The notes under the pieces were generated by a model. It was not told the DNA's origin. It saw only the letters and a list, made by a program, of their open reading frames with translations, and did no database searches. A stretch of 28,829 bases of DNA from a virus (taxonomy: Duplodnaviria > Caudoviricetes), in the IMG/VR virus record IMGVR_UViG_3300044878_000053, positions 1 through 28,829 of that record. One strand, given 5' to 3'. Numbering within the stretch: position 1 is the stretch's first letter; each line of letters starts with the position of its first letter. This document shows positions 17,146-25,526 of the stretch, piece after piece. Made by a program: the position numbers and the translations under genes.

Positions 17146-17185
17146 AAAAAAAAAAGAAGGGGTTAGCAGCCCCTTCTTTATGCCG
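17146..17185 (+). terminator. Hairpin followed by TTTATGCCG, with an A10 tract on its 5' side (possibly bidirectional)
   Basis: AAAGAAGGGGTT-AGC-AGCCCCTTCTTT then ATGCCG, directly after the portal stop. Confidence 0.75.
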
Positions 17186-17193
17186 CCTGCTAA

Positions 17194-17223
17194 ACGGCAT
17201 AGAGGGGAGCCGAAGCCCCCCTC
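17194..17223 (-). terminator. UUCG hairpin followed by TATGCCGT
   Basis: Minus strand reads GAGGGGGGC-TTCG-GCTCCCCTC-TATGCCGT after the stop at 17230. Confidence 0.75.
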
Positions 17224-17229
17224 CGTGTT

Positions 17230-19500
17230 TTACATCGCTACAGAGCGAACCAGTACAGAGTTCATACCCAGGTAACCAGGCAGCACTTCTACCATACGTT
17301 CGTTGATGTCAACGATGTAGTGGCGAGCGAAGCTGGTTTCCAGTTTACCAGTGCGTTCCAGCAGACCAACCATTGCCGCGTGGAATTGCGGATTGTCAGT
17401 AGCCTTCAGCACTTGTGCTGCATCTTCATACACGTCCAGTACCCACGGCACGTGAGTTACCGAGACCAACTCGTAGCGAGCCAACACGGAGCTGATCTCT
17501 GCCTTGTTTTCACGAGTCATGTTTTTGCCCAGCTTGGTGAGGTAGTCCCAGTACTCATCACCTTTCAGGATGTTGGTAGTTGCCTTGATGATTTCATCAG
17601 CACGTTCGCTGTTGAGGATAGTCCAGAGCAGACCCATGTTGTCTTCCATGAGTGCATCGCCCAGATCTTCGATGTCGTTGACAAAGTCCTCGATTTCCAG
17701 CTTAGGACCGTAGCCCAGGTTAACCGACAGCGTTTGGTTGGTGAGTTTGGTGAAGTCACGGTTCAGCAGGTTGTACAGGCGAACAGTGATCTTGTCGTTT
17801 TCCAGGTGGTCACGCAGGAACTTGGCAACACCTACCAGTGTAGTCTTCTTGGCCAACTCGATCATCACACCGATCATCGGCGCATCGACTTGAACAGGTT
17901 TCATGTCACGGTAGTAGTACTCGCGGACCTTACCCTCGAAGTTGTCAGAGCCAGCACCAATTACCTCGTTCAGGTATTTGATTTCAGCCTCTTCGAAGGA
18001 GTGTGCAGTGATTTCTTCGGGAATGATCTTCACTTCCGGGTTCTCCACTGGGATTTCCTTCCCATCCAGCTCGTCCAGCGTAACCTGAGGCTTGGCGAGA
18101 TCACCTACCTCTTTCCAGTCCACTGGCATTGCCCGTTTGGTTGGGTCCAGGACGTAAGGCTTGCGACCTTTGATTTCGTTCTGGAGGTATTCCATTTTCT
18201 CAGCTTCCGACTCAGTGATTTCTTTGACCACTTCTTTTACCGTGAACGTGCCGTCAGCATTTGGCGTACGAACATGGAACTTCATGTGGGTGTTTGGGTT
18301 GAAGGCCAGAGGCCAAGGGTTTTCCAGAGTCCAGGTGCGTTCCCAGCCAGACTTGTGCGCAGGACGAATCTCTACGCCGTTATCCAGCACTACGCAATCG
18401 TACGGACGGTCTGGATCAATGTTGTCCATGTTGGACACATTCTTCTCGTACTGTTCCTCGCGATAAGCTTCCGGTTGGATTTGTGCAGCCGGTGGCTGCT
18501 GTTGCTGTTGCTGACGAACTTGTTCAGCGAAGGCTTGCTGTTGCTTGTTGGTGGTTTCCATCGGAGGAGTCCCCATGTCTTCGAACATCGTTTCGACAAT
18601 TGCCGCACCACGACCCGAAGGCTGAGCCGCAGGAGCTGGGTTGGCTTTAGGCCAGTCAGAGCTGCTACGGTTACGAGCATTGGCGAACGCGTTAGTGGTA
18701 GAGGACAGTGGAGCAGGAGCTGGTGCAGGTTCAGCAGGTTGTCCAGGGTTACGCCCAGCACTGAGGCCAGAGCGTCCTTGGAACGAACCAGCAGGCTGAT
18801 AGGCCTGATTGGCTTGAGCGATAGTGCTTTGGGTGTTGGCGTAGCGACCCCAGTTGATGTCAGGGTTGCCTGCTGGTCCTGCTTGACGGTTAGGCCAAGC
18901 CGACTGGTTAGGCCAGTTACCTTGCGGTGCGTGACCTTGCCATTGTTGCTGAGCAGCCGCAAAGTTGCTCTGCTGACCGAACTGCTGTTGTTGCTGTTGC
19001 ATTTGTTGCTGCTGAGCCACCTGTTGGATCAGCGAAGCGATTTGAGTTTGACGTTGAACCAAGACGTTCAGTTCATTGTCGACACCTTGACCCATCATGT
19101 TCTTAACAGCAGGAGCTTGTTGGGCCACCGTTACCATTGCACAGTTCACAACTTCGTTAGCTGCGTTCAGAACGATTTGCTCTTGCGAGTTGTTCTGAGC
19201 TGACTGGGTAGCAGCCAGAGCTTCTGCCAGAACTACGGCGCTGGAGACCAGCATTTCGAAGAACTGGTTCTGCCACCCATTGGACGATGCCATGTTGTAC
19301 ATGTACGTACGCAGCGGGTTCATCTGCGCTTTGTCCTGCAACATCTTGATCACGTAACCGTTAACGATCTCAGGATGGTTGTTACGGAACGGGATGTGGT
19401 AGGGAGCGCTTTGAACGTAGAACTGTGGATCAGGTACAGTCGGGGAGAACTGAAACGCTTGACCTTGATTGGGCTGTTGAAAGAAGGGAGATTGGAACAT
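17230..19500 (-). CDS. Conserved hypothetical jumbo-phage protein, 756 aa, with a long Q/P/A-rich disordered linker
   Basis: Long ORF with phage-like codon usage, 11 nt downstream of the RNAP subunit gene, with an AGGA SD. Poly-Q tracts 'QQVAQQQQMQQQQQQFGQQ' and 'RQQQQQQPP'. Confidence 0.85.
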   Translation of the reverse strand: MFQSPFFQQPNQGQAFQFSPTVPDPQFYVQSAPYHIPFRNNHPEIVNGYVIKMLQDKAQMNPLRTYMYNMASSNGWQNQFFEMLVSSAVVLAEALAATQSAQNNSQEQIVLNAANEVVNCAMVTVAQQAPAVKNMMGQGVDNELNVLVQRQTQIASLIQQVAQQQQMQQQQQQFGQQSNFAAAQQQWQGHAPQGNWPNQSAWPNRQAGPAGNPDINWGRYANTQSTIAQANQAYQPAGSFQGRSGLSAGRNPGQPAEPAPAPAPLSSTTNAFANARNRSSSDWPKANPAPAAQPSGRGAAIVETMFEDMGTPPMETTNKQQQAFAEQVRQQQQQQPPAAQIQPEAYREEQYEKNVSNMDNIDPDRPYDCVVLDNGVEIRPAHKSGWERTWTLENPWPLAFNPNTHMKFHVRTPNADGTFTVKEVVKEITESEAEKMEYLQNEIKGRKPYVLDPTKRAMPVDWKEVGDLAKPQVTLDELDGKEIPVENPEVKIIPEEITAHSFEEAEIKYLNEVIGAGSDNFEGKVREYYYRDMKPVQVDAPMIGVMIELAKKTTLVGVAKFLRDHLENDKITVRLYNLLNRDFTKLTNQTLSVNLGYGPKLEIEDFVNDIEDLGDALMEDNMGLLWTILNSERADEIIKATTNILKGDEYWDYLTKLGKNMTRENKAEISSVLARYELVSVTHVPWVLDVYEDAAQVLKATDNPQFHAAMVGLLERTGKLETSFARHYIVDINERMVEVLPGYLGMNSVLVRSVAM

Positions 19501-19511
19501 CGTTTGAATTC

Positions 19512-21170
19512 CTAAGCGTATTTCGTAAATTGGATTCTGCGTTGGACATCGTCGATCAACTCACGGAACTTCTCGTTCCGAACGACGCGGTAGCTTGCAT
19601 CGTATTGCACGTACGGTGAGATACGCGTCCGTCCATCTGGGCTAGCCTTGGGCAGGTTGTTGTAGCTACCTACTTCGACAATGGACGAGTGCAGCAATTT
19701 GGACGCATCACCGGCAGCGGACTTACCACTATTGCGACCGTTACCTGTAGCGCTCGTCTGAGGCACCAGGTTCGACGTGATCTTGAAGTACATGTTATCC
19801 CCTGGGCTGGAGATACCTGCCACCTCGCCATGCTGTCGATTGATCTTCATGATCGCATCTACGGTCAGATTACGCCGCAGTGCATTGTTGATCTCCTCTT
19901 TGATCTTGGGCTTACGCACTGCTTTCTGCAATGCGAACTTGAAGTGCGAGATTGCCTTGTTAATATCAAACAAAGCGTAACGCAATACCATCAACTCCTT
20001 GTCGTACATCGTGGACTCGACGTTGTCCGACTGGATGACCATCTCTGAGAGCGCTCCAATGATGAACGCGAACAGTTGGTAAATGTCATTGGCGTTAATA
20101 TTCTCGCTACGAAGATCGAGCCGTGATCTCTCATCCAGGGATTCATCCAAGGATTCGATGTGGTTATCGATTTCGTCTGCCAGTTTCCCTTCGCTTTGGT
20201 CGGAACCAAAGATCAGATGTCCCAGCAAGATACGCCAGAATCGGGTAGACTCAATGAACTCGGGTTCCACACGCTGCGGGAAATGATCCGCAATGTAGAA
20301 GAACCCGGCCACCAAACCGATGTTCTGGGTAGTCCATGCTGTACGTCGAATGGCCATGCGGATGTTTGTTGCCACATAGCCACTGCGACGCACTCCCCTG
20401 AGTGTACGAGGGCAGATCTGCTTAGAGCCACAGATCAACCACTCTTCTTTCGGGTAGATGTCATAATTGATCTCGTCTGGATACCCCACGTACACATCCG
20501 AGTTCGACACCATTTTAAATGTTTGAGTGACGCCATACTTGCTGAACAAGTAATGTGCCATCGTGTGTTTCGCCGTAATGCGATTACGGTTGTTAGCTCC
20601 CTTCTCAGGGTTTCGATTATAGACCGTAGCCCAAGCCACGTTCGCGGTTTCATTCCAGTTCGATTCCAGGCCGTCTTGGACGTCGTAGATTCTGAACGTA
20701 TGGTCGAGCCGTTCAAAGGTGAGTTTAGTCACCTGAAGCGGAATGAAGATTGTGTTAACCCCGTAGCTAATAGCTCGATCAGCCAAAACTGGACTGATAG
20801 CAAAAGTACTGGCACGGATGGTGATCAGACCTGCCTGACGCACAGATGGCAAGTACATATGCGGTTCGTACATAGGTTCCCCATTGTACGTGAACCGATA
20901 CTTCATCAAGAACAGATCGTTCCGCGCAATGTCAAACACTGGCTTCCCGCTCCGCTTTGGTGTGATCACGTTGAACTCCTCTTGGGGGAGACACCGTGTG
21001 CAACCCTCGTATTTCAATCCCGGAGGAAAGCTTTTCGAGATACTTCTGAACAACCCATCGACGTGCCGTACAACTTCCCGCATTTGCTCCGTAGCGAGGC
21101 CTTTCATGACCTTCTCGTTCATGCGGGGTATAGCCTGATCAACTTTGACGTTGAATAGGTGGTTATCCAT
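19512..21170 (-). CDS. Non-virion RNA polymerase beta subunit, N-terminal part (phiKZ gp123-like), 552 aa
   Basis: 'HMYLPSVRQAGLITIRASTFAISPVLAD' corresponds to the beta P...G.F.I.G region and 'LLHSSIVEVGSYNNLPKASPDGRTRISPY' to the beta H.S...P...G region. Size and position two genes from the capsid gene fit phiKZ synteny. Confidence 0.8.
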   Translation of the reverse strand: MDNHLFNVKVDQAIPRMNEKVMKGLATEQMREVVRHVDGLFRSISKSFPPGLKYEGCTRCLPQEEFNVITPKRSGKPVFDIARNDLFLMKYRFTYNGEPMYEPHMYLPSVRQAGLITIRASTFAISPVLADRAISYGVNTIFIPLQVTKLTFERLDHTFRIYDVQDGLESNWNETANVAWATVYNRNPEKGANNRNRITAKHTMAHYLFSKYGVTQTFKMVSNSDVYVGYPDEINYDIYPKEEWLICGSKQICPRTLRGVRRSGYVATNIRMAIRRTAWTTQNIGLVAGFFYIADHFPQRVEPEFIESTRFWRILLGHLIFGSDQSEGKLADEIDNHIESLDESLDERSRLDLRSENINANDIYQLFAFIIGALSEMVIQSDNVESTMYDKELMVLRYALFDINKAISHFKFALQKAVRKPKIKEEINNALRRNLTVDAIMKINRQHGEVAGISSPGDNMYFKITSNLVPQTSATGNGRNSGKSAAGDASKLLHSSIVEVGSYNNLPKASPDGRTRISPYVQYDASYRVVRNEKFRELIDDVQRRIQFTKYA

Positions 21171-21197
21171 TTGTTACACGCCTTCTATTCCTAACAA

Positions 21198-22370
21198 CTA
21201 CTTGAATGCTAGAAAGATGGCCGCAAATCCAGCGGCGATGGCAGGAACCCATTTGAGGAACTCGGAGGAATCTTTCCTCACGTAACTCCGTTCTTCGTAA
21301 TGGTCTTTACGCTCTAGTGCTGCAATGTTCCGCAGGTGCTCCACTCGAGTTTGTTCCTCTTTCAATCTTGCGGATGCTTCGTTGATACGAGCTTCCTCCA
21401 ATTTCCATCTGTGCTCAAGCGACTTGCGATCACTCTCCTCCGTAACGCGCCTTTGTTCGATGTCACGCTTCCACTCTTCGAACTCCCTCTCGCGCTCCAA
21501 GGCCTCGAGCTTCTGGCGATGTTGAGTCTCCTTAAGATGTTGCGCCAGTTCCTCAAGTTCCCGTTTCCTCTCAGCCGCGATGTCACCCAGAACCCACGCG
21601 TCCTCATAAGACTTGAAGAGCCCCAGGAGTTCCTCCGCCTCCCCGAAGGTGAAGTAATCCGACCGAGGTGCACCCACGCCTCCCTTCTGGCTCACAGGAG
21701 CTGTAGAAGTTCGGTAGACCCCACTGTTACGACCAGGGTCCTTCGCAGGTTGTACTAAAAAGATCTCCTTGTTAATGTTGATATAACGCGGTCCAAACAC
21801 ATCTTCGTTGTCGACGATCTGAATGGCGTACCCTACAGTACCCGCAGTGTTGATTGTTTCATTGCTTGCGACTAGGCGATTACGAACCCCTTCAGCACTG
21901 AAGGGATGGTGAGGGACATAACCCCCTTGCATCGTGGAGACCACGACGTCAAGGTTTACTAGGTATAGTGACCCACCAGAAGATACAACATCATTCTCGT
22001 TAACTCCGTAGTCTACCTGGGCATAACACTGCCCCATCCGTTGTCGCACGCTCCCAGAGAGTACTGCATCCCTGAGTGCTCGCATTCCTTCAGATGTCGC
22101 ATTCGATAGGCGTTCTACGTCAATATTTACACCGACTCGGTACTTAATCGTGTACCGGACGATGAACTGGTTAAGTGCCTTGACATTCATAGGCTGAATA
22201 ACCAATGGCATTCCAGAACGGTCAACTAATGTAACGGGACTGCGGAACCCGTTATAAAACTCCTTCTCTATGGAAAGCTGCGCACCGGGACCCAAATCCA
22301 GAACGCCAGGAACTTGGGTCAGGGATGCTTGTTGGTTTATTAGTTGGTTGTTGTGGAGGTACTGACTCAT
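21198..22370 (-). CDS. Conserved hypothetical protein, 390 aa, with a C-terminal coiled coil and terminal hydrophobic anchor
   Basis: An E/R/K-rich heptad region of about 100 aa followed by 'FLKWVPAIAAGFAAIFLAFK'. Located between the capsid and RNAP genes. Confidence 0.8.
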   Translation of the reverse strand: MSQYLHNNQLINQQASLTQVPGVLDLGPGAQLSIEKEFYNGFRSPVTLVDRSGMPLVIQPMNVKALNQFIVRYTIKYRVGVNIDVERLSNATSEGMRALRDAVLSGSVRQRMGQCYAQVDYGVNENDVVSSGGSLYLVNLDVVVSTMQGGYVPHHPFSAEGVRNRLVASNETINTAGTVGYAIQIVDNEDVFGPRYININKEIFLVQPAKDPGRNSGVYRTSTAPVSQKGGVGAPRSDYFTFGEAEELLGLFKSYEDAWVLGDIAAERKRELEELAQHLKETQHRQKLEALEREREFEEWKRDIEQRRVTEESDRKSLEHRWKLEEARINEASARLKEEQTRVEHLRNIAALERKDHYEERSYVRKDSSEFLKWVPAIAAGFAAIFLAFK

Positions 22371-22424
22371 TTAAAGCCTTCTCTTAACTTATTATCTCGC
22401 GATAATCCTCTTCATGGTACACTT

Positions 22425-22444
22425 TGATAATATACACTTGAAAT
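22425..22444 (-). promoter_or_regulatory. Putative phage early promoter (phiKZ TATATTAC-like)
   Basis: Minus strand ATTTCAAGTGTATATTATC, about 55 nt upstream of the operon containing the nvRNAP subunit. Closely matches the copy at 28202-28221. Confidence 0.6.
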
Positions 22445-22460
22445 ACGTTTCAGTGAAATG

Positions 22461-22505
22461 ACGGCATAAAAAGGAAAGTCCTCCTAGACCCGAAGGTCTA
22501 GGAGG
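22461..22505 (-). terminator. Capsid gene terminator: UUCG hairpin, U-rich tract, then TATGCCGT
   Basis: Minus strand reads CCTCCTAGACC-TTCG-GGTCTAGGAGG-ACTTTCCTTTTTATGCCGT (perfect 11 bp stem). Confidence 0.82.
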
Positions 22506-22616
22506 GTTCCCAAGTCCCCACTTAAAGGACCCACTCCAAACCCGAGAGTCTAGAGTGGTCTAACCAACCGCAGTCCTGGTAGTCGCGTCTGCGTTACCAT
22601 TTCTGCAAGCTTTCGC

Positions 22617-24803
22617 TTACGGCTGCTCTTGAGTGGCCAGAACGATTTTGTTGGTAAGAACTTTATCCAACCCCTTCACTTTGATGATCGCCATCATTGG
22701 GAGGTGGTTGATGTGCAGGTTACGCGGCTGCACCATCGCCTCTGGGTAAGTACCGCCGTCACGCTGAACCATCATGCTGGAAGCCAGCTCAGGAATCCAC
22801 GCGTGAACACCGAAGGTCAGTGGGTCGATACCTTCTACCTGGCCGGTACGGGTCAGGGAGATGATGATGGTGTCCTTCATACGGCCGTCGAACGAAGATT
22901 CGATTTGGTATTCAGGGAACGCGATACCGAAGGTGCGCGGATCGCCGATGACCATCAGGTGACGTTGCAGAACGACGTCAGTACCGATGAGCAGCTTCGG
23001 CTGTTGCGAACCGCCGACAGCGGCGTTCAGTGCAGGCTGGTAGCCCGAGTCACGGTACATGCGGTACGACACGTCACGGATGGCGTTAACCAGGACAGCG
23101 TTGATGTCCTGAGCACGGTCCATGTCGCGGATGGAGTTGATTTCTTGTTCCAGATCGATTTCTTTCTCTTCGAAGAAAGGCTTGACCAGGAAACGACCAA
23201 CACCTTCCACTTCCGGGATGGTATCGTTACGCTTAACGCTGACCGCGTAGGAACGCAGGGTTTCAGCGTAGTTCAACAGGCGGGTTACCGCGTTGTTGGT
23301 GTTACGGACGCGAGCGGCGCTGATCAGGGATTCCAGGTCACGTGCATCACGGTTCGAACCAGCAGGGGAAGGAGCCGAGATCGGCGCGCCCAGCGGGATG
23401 TGGAAACGGAAGGTACGGTCGTTGGTGTCCAGGAGCAGACCACGGGTACGACGGTTGCTGTTGGTACGAGCAGCTTTCAGATCGTAAGCAACGACTTTGG
23501 CTGGCTTCAGGGAAGCAACGATCGGAGCACCGGCGCCAGCGGTCAGGCTGATGTCGTTGCCGTCTTTGTCGATGATCGAGTCAACGGTTACAGGCGAGCT
23601 GTAAACGCGGCCGTTACCGAGCTGAGTGTCGAACTCGCCGTTCAGGTTAACCGACAGACGAACAGTCAGTTCACCAGCAACGATGGCAGCCAACAGAGTT
23701 GGTGCAACGCCAGCGGTGGTCAGAGTGTTCTTGTCCAAGACCAGGTCAGAGGTCTTGAAGTTCAGGTTCATCTCACGGTTGGCGCCTTCGATCGACTTGA
23801 CGAAGTGCGAACGTGCCAGACGGCTGGTGTTGAACACCAGAGCTTCGCCATCAGCGAGCTGGATGTAGATCTTTTCCAGGCCGATGCTGTTGTCGATCGC
23901 GTCAGTGTGATCGATGATACCAGCGCCGATCAGGCCAGGGTGTTGGGACAGACCCAGCAGGTTCAGCTCTTGGTTGATGGCCAGTGGAGCAGTAGGCACG
24001 TCAACGTTGGAGATGCGACGCACGGTAGGAGCTACCAGGGAGTCGTCGATGAACATGTCAGCGTTCGAGCCGTTGGCCAGAACAACCGGAACCAGCGAAG
24101 TGGATTCGTCGGCCAGGATGGTGTGGTCCATCGCAGCGTCAACCAGGTTCTTACGGTTCCAGTTGGTAACTTTACCGGTGTTGCTGTGCTGGATGGCGTT
24201 GTGAACCAGGGTACGACGAACGGTGATGTCCAGACCGCCTTGCTCAGGAGCAACGACAGTGGTCGGGTACCACATTTCGGAGAAGCTGTCTTGTACGGCA
24301 GCTTTCACGTTGAAGACGATGGAGTAAGGCAGGAACTTGGCCAGCTCACGTTCGTCGAAGGATTCCAGGGATGGAGTTTCGCGGGTGTCAACAACACCAG
24401 CAGCACCGCTCGAACCGATGTCAACGACGGAAGTGTCGCCGTCAGCTACAGCTTGGGAGCGCATGGCGACGTCAGCGTATTCGGCTGGGTTACCAGCAGC
24501 CATGGCCGCGATGGCACCGGCTTGCAGTTGAGTTTCGGTCAGATCTTCATCGCCTTCACCTTCGCCGTCTTCCAGGGAAGGACGCAGAGCAGCGAAAGCT
24601 TCTTTGATCTGGGCGCCGAGGTCTTTGGCGTGGCGGTCCAGTTCGTGGTAGGCGCCTTCGTCCAGGGATTCCATGGAGATCAGGTTGGTGGTCATTTGCT
24701 TGGAAGCAAACTGAGTGCCTTGTGCGTCGACTGTCGCGCGCAGGGCAGAAACAACGTTGCCCAGGGCCGAACCAGCCGAGCCTTTGAATTTCAGGAATGA
24801 CAT
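22617..24803 (-). CDS. Major capsid protein precursor (phiKZ gp120-like), 728 aa
   Basis: Propeptide with S-x-E sites ending in 'PSLE/SFDE', then 'SIVFNVKAAVQDSFSEMWYPT', 'ARTNSNRRTRG', 'IGTD', 'VQPRNLHINHLP'. Strongly biased, highly expressed-type codons. Synteny with the helicase. Confidence 0.88.
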   Translation of the reverse strand: MSFLKFKGSAGSALGNVVSALRATVDAQGTQFASKQMTTNLISMESLDEGAYHELDRHAKDLGAQIKEAFAALRPSLEDGEGEGDEDLTETQLQAGAIAAMAAGNPAEYADVAMRSQAVADGDTSVVDIGSSGAAGVVDTRETPSLESFDERELAKFLPYSIVFNVKAAVQDSFSEMWYPTTVVAPEQGGLDITVRRTLVHNAIQHSNTGKVTNWNRKNLVDAAMDHTILADESTSLVPVVLANGSNADMFIDDSLVAPTVRRISNVDVPTAPLAINQELNLLGLSQHPGLIGAGIIDHTDAIDNSIGLEKIYIQLADGEALVFNTSRLARSHFVKSIEGANREMNLNFKTSDLVLDKNTLTTAGVAPTLLAAIVAGELTVRLSVNLNGEFDTQLGNGRVYSSPVTVDSIIDKDGNDISLTAGAGAPIVASLKPAKVVAYDLKAARTNSNRRTRGLLLDTNDRTFRFHIPLGAPISAPSPAGSNRDARDLESLISAARVRNTNNAVTRLLNYAETLRSYAVSVKRNDTIPEVEGVGRFLVKPFFEEKEIDLEQEINSIRDMDRAQDINAVLVNAIRDVSYRMYRDSGYQPALNAAVGGSQQPKLLIGTDVVLQRHLMVIGDPRTFGIAFPEYQIESSFDGRMKDTIIISLTRTGQVEGIDPLTFGVHAWIPELASSMMVQRDGGTYPEAMVQPRNLHINHLPMMAIIKVKGLDKVLTNKIVLATQEQP

Positions 24804-24971
24804 ATCAGGAAGTCCTTTACTTATTGACTAAGTACAAGTGGGGTGGAGTCGGCACGCTGCCTAGACCAGTTGTGACTTTACTACTGTCTCGGTTATAGCT
24901 GCTATATAATTAAACATCTACACAGAAACAATTGCAGAGTCATTGAAACATAAAATACGTATTTACGTACA

Positions 24972-25499
24972 TCAAGTACTTTTGATAGACAATAAGTACT
25001 CTTTGAAGAATGCGGTTGGTGCCACTTTCTCCAGGCCTTCAGCGATGACCCAGTGACCGACGATGCGATCTAGCAGGACTGCTCCATTCTCAGAAGCACT
25101 GGCACCGGCCTGTCCTAACATAGGTGTAATAATTAACGTATCGGAACCCAGCGGTGTTACATCGAGGGTGTATTCGACAGTTGAACCATCGTCACGACCG
25201 AACCAAAGCTCGACTACAGTAGCTGGTTTCTTGACGCTCAAATACTGCAAGCAGTACGAAATCTTTTCTTCCTTATTGTCTGAACCCGCACAAGGGCCAA
25301 TCCAATACGGCGTCGGGAAGGACTGTTCAAAAGCTGGAGAGAACAACTTACCACGGTTCCGTTGAAGGTCCAGATATTTGGCTACGTCTTCGGGTGATAG
25401 TATAGCAATCAACGCGTCGAGGTCTTTGACGGTTGAGAGATCCAATTTAGCGTAGTCCAGCGAGCGCTTCAGCCACTGGGGTACCAAGATTACATTCAT
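24972..25499 (-). CDS. Hypothetical protein, 175 aa (position of phiKZ gp119, probable head-associated protein)
   Basis: Complete ORF between the helicase and capsid genes, with a GGAG SD. Function inferred from synteny only. Confidence 0.7.
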   Translation of the reverse strand: MNVILVPQWLKRSLDYAKLDLSTVKDLDALIAILSPEDVAKYLDLQRNRGKLFSPAFEQSFPTPYWIGPCAGSDNKEEKISYCLQYLSVKKPATVVELWFGRDDGSTVEYTLDVTPLGSDTLIITPMLGQAGASASENGAVLLDRIVGHWVIAEGLEKVAPTAFFKEYLLSIKST

Positions 25500-25526
25500 T
25501 TAAAACTCCGCGTTAGGGTAACCGTG

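Noticed and set aside
16690-17147. Ser/Pro-rich and His/Arg-rich minus-strand ORFs that could be taken for His/Ser-rich radical SAM precursor peptides
   Set aside because: They are alternative-frame readings of the portal's GGT/GAC/GAT low-complexity tail.
17320-19203. 627 aa antisense ORF with poly-Leu runs
   Set aside because: Shadow of the 756 aa gene. The Leu runs are the reverse complement of CAG/CAA poly-Gln codons, not TM helices.
20160-21158. 332 aa antisense ORF opposite the RNAP subunit, and similar short antisense ORFs such as 8461-9117
   Set aside because: They overlap well-supported genes on the other strand and have no independent evidence.
22629-24800. 723 aa antisense ORF spanning the capsid gene
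   Set aside because: It coincides almost exactly with the highly codon-biased capsid gene and has no SD or recognisable domain.
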